From the IMG/VR virus record IMGVR_UViG_3300033555_000001, positions 128,001 through 192,000 of that record: 64,000 bases of DNA. One strand, written 5' to 3'. The notes under the pieces are model-generated. The model ran no database searches. It was not told where the DNA came from and worked only from the letters and a program-made list of their open reading frames with translations. The translations under genes were made by a program, and so were the position numbers. The DNA is from a virus. Lineage: Duplodnaviria > Caudoviricetes. Of the stretch, positions 36,226 through 45,471 are shown piece by piece; within the stretch, counting starts at the first letter, position 1, and every line of letters begins with the position of its first letter.

Positions 36226-37341
36226 TTAAGCACGCCAATTTTTATTACGAGCAGTCTTTGACGCTGCCCGGGGCCATGGCTCGTGCGATGGAACTGTGCT
36301 TGGGCCTGTCAGGCAGTCTGCTCCAGCAGCTGCTGGGCCGTTAAGATGAATGTTAGAACCAGTACAAAGTACTGCCCCCGCTGAGAGAATATTAAAGCTC
36401 TCAGTAGATTCTAAATTAATGCCACCACCGCTTACTGATAGTTTCCCGCACGATGTCAGCTTAAGCGCGCCAGTGGCGCCAATGTTTACCTCTTTACCGG
36501 CGCTCACATTAAACGATCCAGCAGCAGAAATATTAAAATCACCGCCCGTTGAAAAGCTAATGCTGCCCGCACCATACACATGCACTCGACCGTCCTGATC
36601 CATTTCAATCCATGATTTGCCGTGCGCAGTGCTCACATAAATTCGCTCGTTAGCGTCATCCAAAATAACTTGATGACCTGCCGCGGACTTAATTCGAACA
36701 CGGCCGGTTTCCGGGTTGTCTTGAAAAATTAAAGAGTGCCGGCCTGGTGTTGTGAGTGCATAAGTTTGCGGATCCAGTTGCGCGCGACCATTAAATTCTG
36801 GGTCTTTTAAATTTCGCTGATAGCCCTCTTTACCGTCTTTTTCAGTTTTGTCCTGTGCAACCGCACGTTCGTACGCGCCGCGGGTGCGGGCCTCTGGCGC
36901 ATCAAGCGCGTTATTAAACTGCTGCAGCAAATTGTTGTGTTGCGGCTGCACTGGTTCAAATGTGTCAGAGAGTGGGCTCTTTCCAAGGTCTGCTCTATTT
37001 CGACCAGTTGGCATAGACCTGTTACCATGATCTCTAAAATATGACCCCATGTAAACTCGGCGATTTACGTCACCATACAGGAAACCCACCACGCAAAGCG
37101 CACCTGTCTTTGGCACAGCAAAAAAGCCGTATGCTTGCAGCCCGCTAGTGATTGTGGCTGCAGGACCTGCCGGGTAATCTCTGGTTTGCCCTGCTAGAGG
37201 AGAAGAATAAGTTGCCCACGGCAAATCTATTACGTTGTAGAGCTCGCCATCAATTGCTGGCACGTATATTTTAACTCGACCCATTTGCTGAGGATCATTA
37301 GTGTCTACAACAACACCCTCCATTAATCCAGGAGTGTTCAT
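36226..37341 (-). CDS. gp5: baseplate central spike gp5/VgrG-like (OB fold + beta helix, no lysozyme domain)
   Basis: GVVVDTNDPQQMGRVKIYVP...LPWA; TPGRH..QD; SAAGH..LDD..E.I; short repeats at the C-terminus. Confidence 0.85.
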   Translation of the reverse strand: MNTPGLMEGVVVDTNDPQQMGRVKIYVPAIDGELYNVIDLPWATYSSPLAGQTRDYPAGPAATITSGLQAYGFFAVPKTGALCVVGFLYGDVNRRVYMGSYFRDHGNRSMPTGRNRADLGKSPLSDTFEPVQPQHNNLLQQFNNALDAPEARTRGAYERAVAQDKTEKDGKEGYQRNLKDPEFNGRAQLDPQTYALTTPGRHSLIFQDNPETGRVRIKSAAGHQVILDDANERIYVSTAHGKSWIEMDQDGRVHVYGAGSISFSTGGDFNISAAGSFNVSAGKEVNIGATGALKLTSCGKLSVSGGGINLESTESFNILSAGAVLCTGSNIHLNGPAAAGADCLTGPSTVPSHEPWPRAASKTARNKNWRA

Positions 37342-39449
37342 TTAATTTCCTTGACAGTGCTGGTGTTTTTACCAGTTGCGGTAAGATTATTTTGCAAAAA
37401 ATTCATTGCTGTTGCCAGCTCAAATTCCTGGGTAAATTTGGAGCCTTCAATTTTTGTTCGAATAGAGCGCACAAAAAAGTAGTTATCGTAAAACAGGCGC
37501 GTGCCAAAGTCTTGCCCGGCAATTAGCTCATTAGTAATAAAATCTACGTTAGGACCAAACACATTTACTTTTACAAAAATGGGCGTGCCTACCATACTTG
37601 GCCCCTGTAGCGGAGAGTTTACCTTAAAGCCGCCACCCGGAGACTGCTGTAACCCGGGTGTTAGCCGAAGTAGCTCCGCCTCAAATTGCGTTCTGTACTC
37701 GGCTTTTGAGTTGTCATTTGTTTTTGAGTTTCCATTATCAGCAAAAGTAGTAGCGCTTACGTGTTTTAATATTGATGTAAGTGTTACGCGCTCAAGCAGA
37801 TCTGGGTTACCCCTGATTGTCATCTTTATATCTGTTGAGCCACCCACCAAGTAGTTAGTTGAGTTTTGAGTATAGCGTTGGGCAATTGTCTGCGCAGATT
37901 CTCCTGACGCTCCAGTACCAGCACTAAGATTACTGAAATTTGTACTTTGATCCCCAGTACGAGGCGGGAAAAGCACAGGGTCTTTTGATCTAATATTTGC
38001 TGGGCTACTTTGCCCGCCCCGTACTTCTTCGCCATCTGCCTGCTGATTATCTACTTTATCTGCAACTGTCAATAACTTCCCTTGTCCTAACGAAGTTTTA
38101 GACAGCAACATCAGATTTAAATTCTTAATTTTTAAATCAAGCGACAGCACATCTATATTTTTACCTGAAAATATGTAGTCGTATTCTAGGAAGTTTTTTG
38201 GAACTTGTATATTCCCACCTTGACCGGCAATGGTTTCAAAGTATGGTGCTTGATCACCAACAGCATCAGTCTTTGCATTTAGTTCTACATTTGGAACCAC
38301 AAACTCTACAACGTCTACGTGCACAGTATATGTTGAATCGTCGCTGGTTATTGAAACGAGATGTTTAAAAAATTTAACATTGCTGGTGGTACCTGGATCT
38401 TTTTTAAAGTTCCCAAGTTCCATGACTTGTACTGTTTGACTCAAGATAATATCAAGCACTTCTGTAATTGAGATGTTTGGATCAACAGCAATAAAACTGT
38501 CTTTTGCAGGTGCGGCATTATTAATTGGCGTGGTGCGTGGGCCTACTCGCTTGTTTTCTTCTGTGCGTAACATGTCTCTAAAATTTGTTTCAATGGCGCC
38601 ACCTTGTGCTGGCCCAGAAAAGCCGTAGTCTGCCCAGCCTTTAGGCAGCGTAATCATGTACTGCACTGGACGGCCGGAAGAAAACTCCAGGCCTAATTTT
38701 GCCGTTGTGGTGGTGGCTTCGGCGTCATTGTACTGCCTGAAGCGGGCAAAAGACTCGGCGTTAAGTCTGCGTTCGAACGCTGCCACTACAGCGCCTAGTG
38801 TGTTGGCTCCATCACCAGTAAAATATGATGAGGCAGTTCCAAGATTTGTCCATTTACTATTTACTTCTCTAGAGCTGAGCACACCTACTAGCGAGATAAA
38901 TTTACAGGCGTACACGCCCTTTGTGTCATTTAGGTCCAGCTGTATCTCGTTAAAAAGTGCCGGAATACCAACTGACTGAACAACTTTTGTTTCGCCGCTT
39001 GCAGTGTGCCCAATAAACATGATTCTAATAAGCACAGACATGCCGCTTGTGCTTACTCCGAACCGCGCTTCCATTAAAAACTGTAGAAAATTAGCAAATG
39101 ATATTCCTTGACTGTCAAGTATTGTCATTGCAAGCTCTTGAGCCGCAGTATTAGGGCTGGTGCCGGGCGCCGCATAGCCCGTTGCATTAGACTTAATATC
39201 AAAGGAAGTAACTGTGAATTGCGAAAATCTGCGAGTATCCATCATTAGGAAAACTCCGCCACCGGGCTGACCGCTTACCTTTACTTCGTTTCCTAACTGC
39301 GTGCACGCATCAACGGCCTGTAGCGATTTGGCCATTGAGCCACCGCTGGTTTCAGTAAACTGGCGTAGCTCTTCTGTGCTTCGCGCGGCGAGCATTACAT
39401 AGTGAATACTGTGAGACTGAAACTCATCTAATTTATTTTTAATAAACAT
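37338..39449 (-). CDS. putative baseplate hub protein (gp27-like)
   Basis: Lies between the gp53-like and gp5-like genes; has IRGNPD and Y.V.SI...I.G.KFTQ..E hub-type C-terminal motifs. Confidence 0.6.
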   Translation of the reverse strand: MFIKNKLDEFQSHSIHYVMLAARSTEELRQFTETSGGSMAKSLQAVDACTQLGNEVKVSGQPGGGVFLMMDTRRFSQFTVTSFDIKSNATGYAAPGTSPNTAAQELAMTILDSQGISFANFLQFLMEARFGVSTSGMSVLIRIMFIGHTASGETKVVQSVGIPALFNEIQLDLNDTKGVYACKFISLVGVLSSREVNSKWTNLGTASSYFTGDGANTLGAVVAAFERRLNAESFARFRQYNDAEATTTTAKLGLEFSSGRPVQYMITLPKGWADYGFSGPAQGGAIETNFRDMLRTEENKRVGPRTTPINNAAPAKDSFIAVDPNISITEVLDIILSQTVQVMELGNFKKDPGTTSNVKFFKHLVSITSDDSTYTVHVDVVEFVVPNVELNAKTDAVGDQAPYFETIAGQGGNIQVPKNFLEYDYIFSGKNIDVLSLDLKIKNLNLMLLSKTSLGQGKLLTVADKVDNQQADGEEVRGGQSSPANIRSKDPVLFPPRTGDQSTNFSNLSAGTGASGESAQTIAQRYTQNSTNYLVGGSTDIKMTIRGNPDLLERVTLTSILKHVSATTFADNGNSKTNDNSKAEYRTQFEAELLRLTPGLQQSPGGGFKVNSPLQGPSMVGTPIFVKVNVFGPNVDFITNELIAGQDFGTRLFYDNYFFVRSIRTKIEGSKFTQEFELATAMNFLQNNLTATGKNTSTVKEIK

Positions 39450-39450
39450 G

Positions 39451-39837
39451 TTATACGATTGGTGTTATGTTAGTCAGTGGAATTTCTCTAGTAGAAGCAA
39501 ACCCGCCGATTTTCCCAGCAAGAAGCGATTGCACTCGGCTGCGTGATGGAATGCGCAGTACACGGCCTAGCGCGATCTCGGCAAATGGATCTAAAATTGC
39601 GTTGTACTGCGCAATAAACCACCACAGATGAGAATCACCCAAATAAGCAGCTGCAATTAAATCCAGCCGACCTTCAGTTTTTTTGTCAACGGTGTATCTT
39701 TCATCAGTGTCATCAAGCTCAAATACAGTGCGTTCCCACCACTCAAGGTTGCGAGAGCCTACTTCGGTTTTGCCGCCAACCACATAGCGTGATTGTTGCA
39801 CCAGTGTTGAATTAGTTTCAGCCAAATTCTTCTCCAA
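39451..39837 (-). CDS. gp53: LysM-like baseplate wedge protein (gp53-like)
   Basis: RLDLIAAAYLGDSHLWWFIAQYN..DPF...G..LRIP. Confidence 0.8.
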   Translation of the reverse strand: MEKNLAETNSTLVQQSRYVVGGKTEVGSRNLEWWERTVFELDDTDERYTVDKKTEGRLDLIAAAYLGDSHLWWFIAQYNAILDPFAEIALGRVLRIPSRSRVQSLLAGKIGGFASTREIPLTNITPIV

Positions 39838-40983
39838 TTAATCTCTGCTAATAACATTGCCTTGTTCGTCATATCGAATCTCTGAAATAAATGATGGCTT
39901 AGGCATAATCTTTTTTAGATTATTACGGCCTTCATTACCATAATTTCGTGACGCCTCGCTGATGGATGGCGGCGGTGCCGGCTGTGGCGTGCTGTTAGTA
40001 ATTCCTTGATTGCCACCCACCGGTTCAGACGCGTATTTGGAACCTTCAGCTCGAATAAGCGGCGCGTACGCGTCAAGCATAAGGCCAAATCTAAATGCAG
40101 TAAGATCAAAGCCGTTAAACTGTTCGGCCGAAAATGACTCAACAATGTTTAAGTTAATGTTCATGACAGTTGGGAATGGAATCTCTTGTCCGTCTTTGTC
40201 AAATACGTTAGTTGGGATCCAGTCGCAATCTCGCGGCCAGTTCCACTGCGCATTAGTAAGTACGACTGGAACCGTGCCGACAAGTCCTCTCCAACCAGAA
40301 AAGTTAAGAACTGGCGGTGGGCCGCCCAAGCGAGTACTAAACTCGCCGTCTAATTGTTTTTGCCCAAAAAAGGGCATACACCAACTTCTGATTCGGTTAA
40401 TAAAATAATAGTTTTTCTGCGCCTCTTCGCGGGTCCGGCAAGTAAATGTTGCTGAGATCGTCCATGTGGTGCTCTTAGTACCGCGATATTTTTGAAATTC
40501 GCCGGGGAGTTGCGAGGTTTGTAGTGCCTCGTAGTCTGCAGTGCGGTTCTCAGTAACCTCTGGCATGTTATCAAAGACAACACCGCCGTCCTGCGAGTTT
40601 ACACCGGTTAACTGAACCTTGTGCTGTTGGTTACCCGCATCATTTGCCTTGCCCAGTGCAGCGTTGGTTGCTGCGGCAGAGGTAGAACTAGTTTGTGCCT
40701 GTACCAGCGAGGCAGCAGTACTGTAGTACGGGTTGTCAGACAGTTGGCTATCAGACACTGCTGCATTAAACACCGCTGCAGCACTAAGTGCTTGGAACGT
40801 TGGAGCACCCGTTCCAAGTTTAGTAAATGGGCCAGTACTGCCAAAGGTAGTTGTTACAGCGCTGAAGCTCTCGTTGACCAGCGAGTCAACCGGTGCAGTG
40901 GCGTAGCTTATTAAATTGTTTGTGACGCTGCCCAGGCCGGATACGCTTGGCAGTGATTTAATAGTTGAATCTAGCAAACCCAT
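39838..40983 (-). CDS. tail-tube initiator/baseplate protein (gp48/gp54-like)
   Basis: P.VTENRTADY, R.W..PFFG and GGPPPVL.FSG motifs; position in the baseplate operon. Confidence 0.6.
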   Translation of the reverse strand: MGLLDSTIKSLPSVSGLGSVTNNLISYATAPVDSLVNESFSAVTTTFGSTGPFTKLGTGAPTFQALSAAAVFNAAVSDSQLSDNPYYSTAASLVQAQTSSTSAAATNAALGKANDAGNQQHKVQLTGVNSQDGGVVFDNMPEVTENRTADYEALQTSQLPGEFQKYRGTKSTTWTISATFTCRTREEAQKNYYFINRIRSWCMPFFGQKQLDGEFSTRLGGPPPVLNFSGWRGLVGTVPVVLTNAQWNWPRDCDWIPTNVFDKDGQEIPFPTVMNINLNIVESFSAEQFNGFDLTAFRFGLMLDAYAPLIRAEGSKYASEPVGGNQGITNSTPQPAPPPSISEASRNYGNEGRNNLKKIMPKPSFISEIRYDEQGNVISRD

Positions 40984-41705
40984 TACTTCTCCGCCGCGCG
41001 CCGTTGCGCTTTAATTTTGTTGAACATGAGCTCTGCAATTTCTGGTTTATCTTTTAGACCTACCAAAATTGTAAATTTGTTTAGGTCGTTTTCTTTGACC
41101 GCATGGCGTGCCAATGAAGCGCTGACCATGTTTACTGGAATTTCATCATCAGTATATTTGAGCACCGCATCAAGTTCAGCAACAGAATCTAATTTTGCCG
41201 ATGGAGCTGAAGTTCGGTTCATTGAAATAGCATAATGCGCAATGTCACCGCCGTCAGGTGTTTTAAAATATGTGTCAAGCATGCCTAGATAGCCATCTGT
41301 TATGTCGGTGCCAGCGGCAACCGCGATAGGTTCAAAACCAGCTTTTCGCACTTCTTCAAAAGCAGCAAAGGCTGAAGTAGCAGTTAAAAACTTTACTCCA
41401 TCAGCTTTGCCGGACGCGGTCATAAAACTAATTCGCTCACCTGCAGAGAGTGGATTGCGCAGCTTGTCTTTTGAGCTTTCTACACCCTCAACTATTACGG
41501 CGATTGGCACGGCCTCTAAATTAAGTTTTGGGTTATTGCGAATGTACTTTTTGGCGGCGTCAAAGAGCGCGTAGTGCCCGATAGTTGGGGGCGAAAATCT
41601 GCCGACCACAATAGCAGCTCGCCTGGATTGCTCGCCAGCAGTGCCCTCAAACAGGAATAAAATTACATCGTCAGTATCATTCATCTCATATTTAGTCCTG
41701 AACAC
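40983..41705 (-). CDS. HIGH-motif nucleotidyltransferase (cytidyltransferase-like)
   Basis: GRFSPPTIGH (HIGH-like), NPLS..R and VSASLAR motifs. Confidence 0.75.
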   Translation of the reverse strand: MFRTKYEMNDTDDVILFLFEGTAGEQSRRAAIVVGRFSPPTIGHYALFDAAKKYIRNNPKLNLEAVPIAVIVEGVESSKDKLRNPLSAGERISFMTASGKADGVKFLTATSAFAAFEEVRKAGFEPIAVAAGTDITDGYLGMLDTYFKTPDGGDIAHYAISMNRTSAPSAKLDSVAELDAVLKYTDDEIPVNMVSASLARHAVKENDLNKFTILVGLKDKPEIAELMFNKIKAQRRAAEK

Positions 41706-41850
41706 GGAACACTGCGCGGGTCACCCGCGGGTCCCGGGTTTAATACAATAAATGTGGCGGCCGGGAGTGCGTGATCCCGGGTGGTGTGGCGCCCAGGCCC
41801 AGGATAGCTTAGAATTACCTATGCCGATCAACACCCTCTTAGGATACAAT

Positions 41851-42378
41851 ATGACGGCAATTAAAACTACAGTACTGCCAGCAGAATCAACAGTAAAACC
41901 AGCAAAGCAAGTAAAAGCCGCAAAGAAAGAACGGTCAAAGTCTACCAAAGGGCACTATGTTACTAACGCCCAGTTACTTGCAGCGTTCTATGAGGCTAAA
42001 GCAGCCGGTAAATTAACAAATCAAATGGCAAAGTACCTGATGATGGTTGCCACAAAGTACTCTTACCACCCGTGGTTTGCGAACTATTCGTTCAGAGAAG
42101 ATATGGTGTGCACGGCGGTTGTTAATCTGTGCGCAAATTGGCACAAGTTTAATCCAGAGAAACAAGAAAATCCTAATCCGTTCTCGTACTACACAACCGC
42201 ATCGTACCGCAGCTTTCTTTCGTACCTGGAAGCCGAGCGTAAAGAGCGAGATATTCGTGATGAGCTCTTAATTGGAGCAGGATCTAACCCATCGTTTAAC
42301 TACGGTTCCCGTCAAGGCGCCAGCGGTAAAACATCTGATGATACCGCTTTTGCCGGCACAGGCGGCGGCGAAGATTAA
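41851..42378 (+). CDS. gp55: late-transcription sigma factor (gp55-like)
   Basis: HYVTNAQLL, FANYSFREDM, FNPEK..NPFSYYT..SF...E.K motifs. The start could be 41821 or 41851. Confidence 0.85.
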   Translation: MTAIKTTVLPAESTVKPAKQVKAAKKERSKSTKGHYVTNAQLLAAFYEAKAAGKLTNQMAKYLMMVATKYSYHPWFANYSFREDMVCTAVVNLCANWHKFNPEKQENPNPFSYYTTASYRSFLSYLEAERKERDIRDELLIGAGSNPSFNYGSRQGASGKTSDDTAFAGTGGGED

Positions 42379-42854
42379 TTAACGGTAATTCTGGCGCAGG
42401 CTTTTTCACGGATTGATTTATAAGCCGTTTGAATAAAGCCTGGCTTTGCCTCAGCAGCTTTTCTTGACAGCGCTCTTAAACTAGCAGTGCTGATCCAGCT
42501 CAGCGCAGTACTTACTAGAAATGCGGTTACTACAGCCAAAACAGCAAGTACTAATATTGGAATTATCATTGCTATTGGCGCGGAGCTGAAGTTCAACAAT
42601 ACTCCAGTGCCGGCCGATGCGGCAAGGAACGCCAAGGTATGTCCAAGTAACGCCATGAAGATACCGCCAACCATAATTAGCAGTACAACAACGCACGCGC
42701 CACGCAGCACAGCAGTGATGTACTCGCACATATCCCCAGTATACCACTCTGTTTTCTTATCGCTCTCATCGCGGCTGAGGCAATGGTTAAGAGAGCCATA
42801 TCGCGCAGCCAGCCGCCAGTGCAAAGATTTTGTACTAAAGTTAAATGCTTTCAT
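42375..42854 (-). CDS. hypothetical membrane protein
   Basis: Two long hydrophobic segments; GGAG RBS. Confidence 0.65.
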   Translation of the reverse strand: MKAFNFSTKSLHWRLAARYGSLNHCLSRDESDKKTEWYTGDMCEYITAVLRGACVVVLLIMVGGIFMALLGHTLAFLAASAGTGVLLNFSSAPIAMIIPILVLAVLAVVTAFLVSTALSWISTASLRALSRKAAEAKPGFIQTAYKSIREKACARITVN

Positions 42855-42866
42855 AGCTTCTCCTGA

Positions 42867-43199
42867 TTACTGGCAACCCGCAAAACCGCAGGCTACATCA
42901 TAGATAAATTCAACCGTTTGAACTGGCTGTACTGCGTTCATGCGCTCAACAAGGACAGCCCCGTCTGTCCACCAATCAGCCCAACCTTGCGGTGAAAGCT
43001 TAATAGGATTTACAGTACTATCTTCAGCTGCCAGTTCCCACAAAAATACCCAGTACTTCAAAGCAACAATAATCTCAGGCGTCAGCACATCTTTAAATTC
43101 TTCCACACCAAGATTTGCACCGCCATCTTCATGAGTTGCCCAAAGACCACTCGCCATGTAATCCGGGAATACTCGTATTTTTTTCATTTTATTCTCCAT
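42867..43199 (-). CDS. hypothetical protein
   Basis: 110-aa ORF overlapping the upstream gene end; IRVFPDYMASGLW N-terminus. Confidence 0.6.
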   Translation of the reverse strand: MENKMKKIRVFPDYMASGLWATHEDGGANLGVEEFKDVLTPEIIVALKYWVFLWELAAEDSTVNPIKLSPQGWADWWTDGAVLVERMNAVQPVQTVEFIYDVACGFAGCQ

Positions 43200-43533
43200 A
43201 GAGCTGCTTATTGACTAAGTTGTTATACTCCGCTTGCACCGCCTCTAAATGCTGCTTTGCATCCTTAATTTGCAGGGTCAGCTGTAGGCGGGCTTCAGCC
43301 ATGATACCAGCCAGCTCCTCAGCTGTTTTTTGTCTATAATGTTCTAACCTAAATCCTGGCACCTTAAACACTGTGCGGTTCCAGTCGGATTCTGCAACAT
43401 CTGCGTCAAAGGTGATAGAGGTCTCTGCACCGTATTTCTCAACAAGATCCTGTACATCCTCAAGCAGCTCGGCTAGTGTGCCGTTAAAACTGTGAGGACT
43501 TATTATTCCGACTGTTTTTTTAGTGTTAGTCAT
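43189..43533 (-). CDS. hypothetical protein, paralog of 43536..43880
   Basis: F.GT..L...L.E.YG.E and R..T.EE motifs are shared. Confidence 0.65.
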   Translation of the reverse strand: MTNTKKTVGIISPHSFNGTLAELLEDVQDLVEKYGAETSITFDADVAESDWNRTVFKVPGFRLEHYRQKTAEELAGIMAEARLQLTLQIKDAKQHLEAVQAEYNNLVNKQLYGE

Positions 43534-43535
43534 TT

Positions 43536-43880
43536 TTAACTCTCTTTGAACTTAGCCCTGAACTTAGCCTGCAGCCGCGCAAGTTCGGCGAGCTCGTATT
43601 CTTCTTTTCTGGCAGCATCTTCCGCCTGAGTTTTTGTTCGAAGCGTGAACTCTTCATCTGTTTCTGGACGCTGTTTAGTTAACGCAAACCTGGACGATGG
43701 GTGCGAATCATAATCATAATGAAACTCAGGCTGCCAGTCTAGCTCGCACTCACCACCATGCTCTTTTGCCAGTTCTGTCAGAGCGGCTATTATACTGTTT
43801 ATCGTGCCCTCAAACTCATACGGCTGAATAGTGCTGACTTGCTCTGTGATTTTGATTTTAGTAGCTGGTAATTTGCTCAT
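43536..43880 (-). CDS. hypothetical protein, paralog of 43189..43533
   Basis: FEGTINSII..HGG and RPETDEE..R motifs. Confidence 0.65.
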   Translation of the reverse strand: MSKLPATKIKITEQVSTIQPYEFEGTINSIIAALTELAKEHGGECELDWQPEFHYDYDSHPSSRFALTKQRPETDEEFTLRTKTQAEDAARKEEYELAELARLQAKFRAKFKES

Positions 43881-43907
43881 GATTATCTTTTTGGGTTAGC
43901 GTAAATA

Positions 43908-43937
43908 ATTATATCCTAATCCCGAAATAAAGGTAAA
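43908..43937 (-). promoter_or_regulatory. sigma70-like early promoter
   Basis: TTTACC-18 nt-TATAAT upstream of gene 43536..43880. Confidence 0.55.
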
Positions 43938-43963
43938 CTAAATTGTAACGGTTTCGGTACCAG

Positions 43964-44179
43964 TCAAATACCCGCTCTCAGCATAATTGCCTCTAAGCGC
44001 TTACCCATCTCATCTGTGAATACAGTTGGGCCATTGAACACCTCGCACAGACCATCAATAAACGCGGCATCGTCAACCAAAAGCCGGTCCCTGTGATTCT
44101 CACAAAACTCTATCGCAACCATTACATCAACTATACTAGTCTGCCTATTCTTAATTTTTGGCATTAGCATTGGCTTCAT
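43964..44179 (-). CDS. hypothetical protein
   Basis: 71-aa ORF in the accessory cluster. Confidence 0.55.
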   Translation of the reverse strand: MKPMLMPKIKNRQTSIVDVMVAIEFCENHRDRLLVDDAAFIDGLCEVFNGPTVFTDEMGKRLEAIMLRAGI

Positions 44180-44203
44180 TCAATATTCCTGTATAATTTA
44201 AAG

Positions 44204-44608
44204 TTACCAGTCAATGACCAGCTGATATTCGCCGGCTGGCAAGAGCCCACGATCGTGCAAATCATTTGCCAGTACTTCGTTCGAAGGATAGAAATTCCGC
44301 TCCCAGAACAGGCACAGTCCATGATTGCGATCCCACTCATCTGCGCTGCCTAACTTTTGTTGTGGATCACGCGCGAGCCATGCAGCAAAGCTAACGCCCC
44401 TTTCATCACCATTTACTTTTTCAGGGATAGAATCATTTTGATAGTCAAATGCTTCTATATCTGGAACGGTTATGTTATATATGCCGCGTTCCCTACAGTC
44501 ATTTTGTTGCTGAAAGGAATACATGCGGCCGTATGTTTCTTTGACGAGCGCGTCCCAATCCTGTAAATCAATGCTTTGAACAGTTTTAATTTTTAACATG
44601 ATTTTCAC
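44204..44608 (-). CDS. hypothetical protein
   Basis: 134-aa ORF; WD.LV..TYGR.Y.FQQQ and FWERNFYP...L.AG.Y.I.IDW pattern. Confidence 0.65.
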   Translation of the reverse strand: MKIMLKIKTVQSIDLQDWDALVKETYGRMYSFQQQNDCRERGIYNITVPDIEAFDYQNDSIPEKVNGDERGVSFAAWLARDPQQKLGSADEWDRNHGLCLFWERNFYPSNEVLANDLHDRGLLPAGEYQLVIDW

Positions 44609-44855
44609 ATGTGAACGTTAGTTCAACTGTGCCACCCTCAAAATGGTTGTAGTCCGCGTTTGAACGAACAATCTTAAATGGGCCACGACATTGCTCCATT
44701 GCAGCCTCGTAAGTCATACGTTTTGCGCCTGATCGCCCACCCAATTCCCAAGTGGCTCTTGCAGAGACAACATATTCCCCTCCGCTCATAGCGATAGGTG
44801 TAGAGACTGACGCACAGCCGGTCAGTAGGAGCGATAGAAGGATAATAAGTTTCAT
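44586..44855 (-). CDS. small lipoprotein
   Basis: MKLIILLSLLLTGC lipobox; two further Cys residues; GAGG RBS. Confidence 0.7.
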   Translation of the reverse strand: MKLIILLSLLLTGCASVSTPIAMSGGEYVVSARATWELGGRSGAKRMTYEAAMEQCRGPFKIVRSNADYNHFEGGTVELTFTCENHVKN

Positions 44856-44934
44856 TTTCTGCCTCAGAATAATTTAAATTTACCGTTTTGTATAATTCAG
44901 CAATACGGTGAGTCATATGTTCTTTAGTTCTGTT

Positions 44935-45378
44935 TTATTTCGCTGTCATTTTCTCATAATAATCGCCCCACCATTTAGCCTCACGTAGGACTCTGCCATT
45001 GACAATATCTACGCATTTTTTATCATTCTCCTGCATAACTACGCTAAGGCCACCTAACATTTTATGGTACGGTATAATTTTATCTATGGCCATTTGGTAT
45101 CGGGCGGCTGTTACTTGTTCGTCTAAACCTAGTGCAATTGCTTGTTCTAAAAGAATATCACCAATCAAATGCGATTTTTTAGAAACTGCAGGATTATCAG
45201 TCGTCATTCTAAGACTTATAAACTCATAATATACTGAGCAATTTATTAGTTCATGGTGCGTATTAGCGCGCCATTTTTGAAAGCGCAAGTGGTCTTTTTC
45301 AGATATTTCGCTATGCGCGTGCATACTACACGATGCAGCTAAAATAAGTGCAATAAGTTTTTTCATGTTATATCCCAT
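44935..45378 (-). CDS. putative secreted/periplasmic protein
   Basis: Signal-peptide-like MKKLIALILAASCSMHAHS. Confidence 0.6.
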   Translation of the reverse strand: MGYNMKKLIALILAASCSMHAHSEISEKDHLRFQKWRANTHHELINCSVYYEFISLRMTTDNPAVSKKSHLIGDILLEQAIALGLDEQVTAARYQMAIDKIIPYHKMLGGLSVVMQENDKKCVDIVNGRVLREAKWWGDYYEKMTAK

Positions 45379-45471
45379 GTTAATTCAAACAGTTAAAAGT
45401 TATTCTGGATTCTCAGCTGCATTTTCGGCCCTTTGAAAGATTATCAGACGCTGACAGCATTTTAACATATT

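Noticed and set aside
41752-41850. N-terminal extension of the gp55 ORF from the ATG at 41752
   Set aside because: The W/P/G-rich translation of GC hairpin DNA is unlike gp55 proteins; the downstream ATGs are more plausible starts.
44674-44916. 80-aa ORF overlapping the lipoprotein gene
   Set aside because: It overlaps a better-supported lipobox ORF in another frame, has a weak RBS and runs through a putative regulatory motif.
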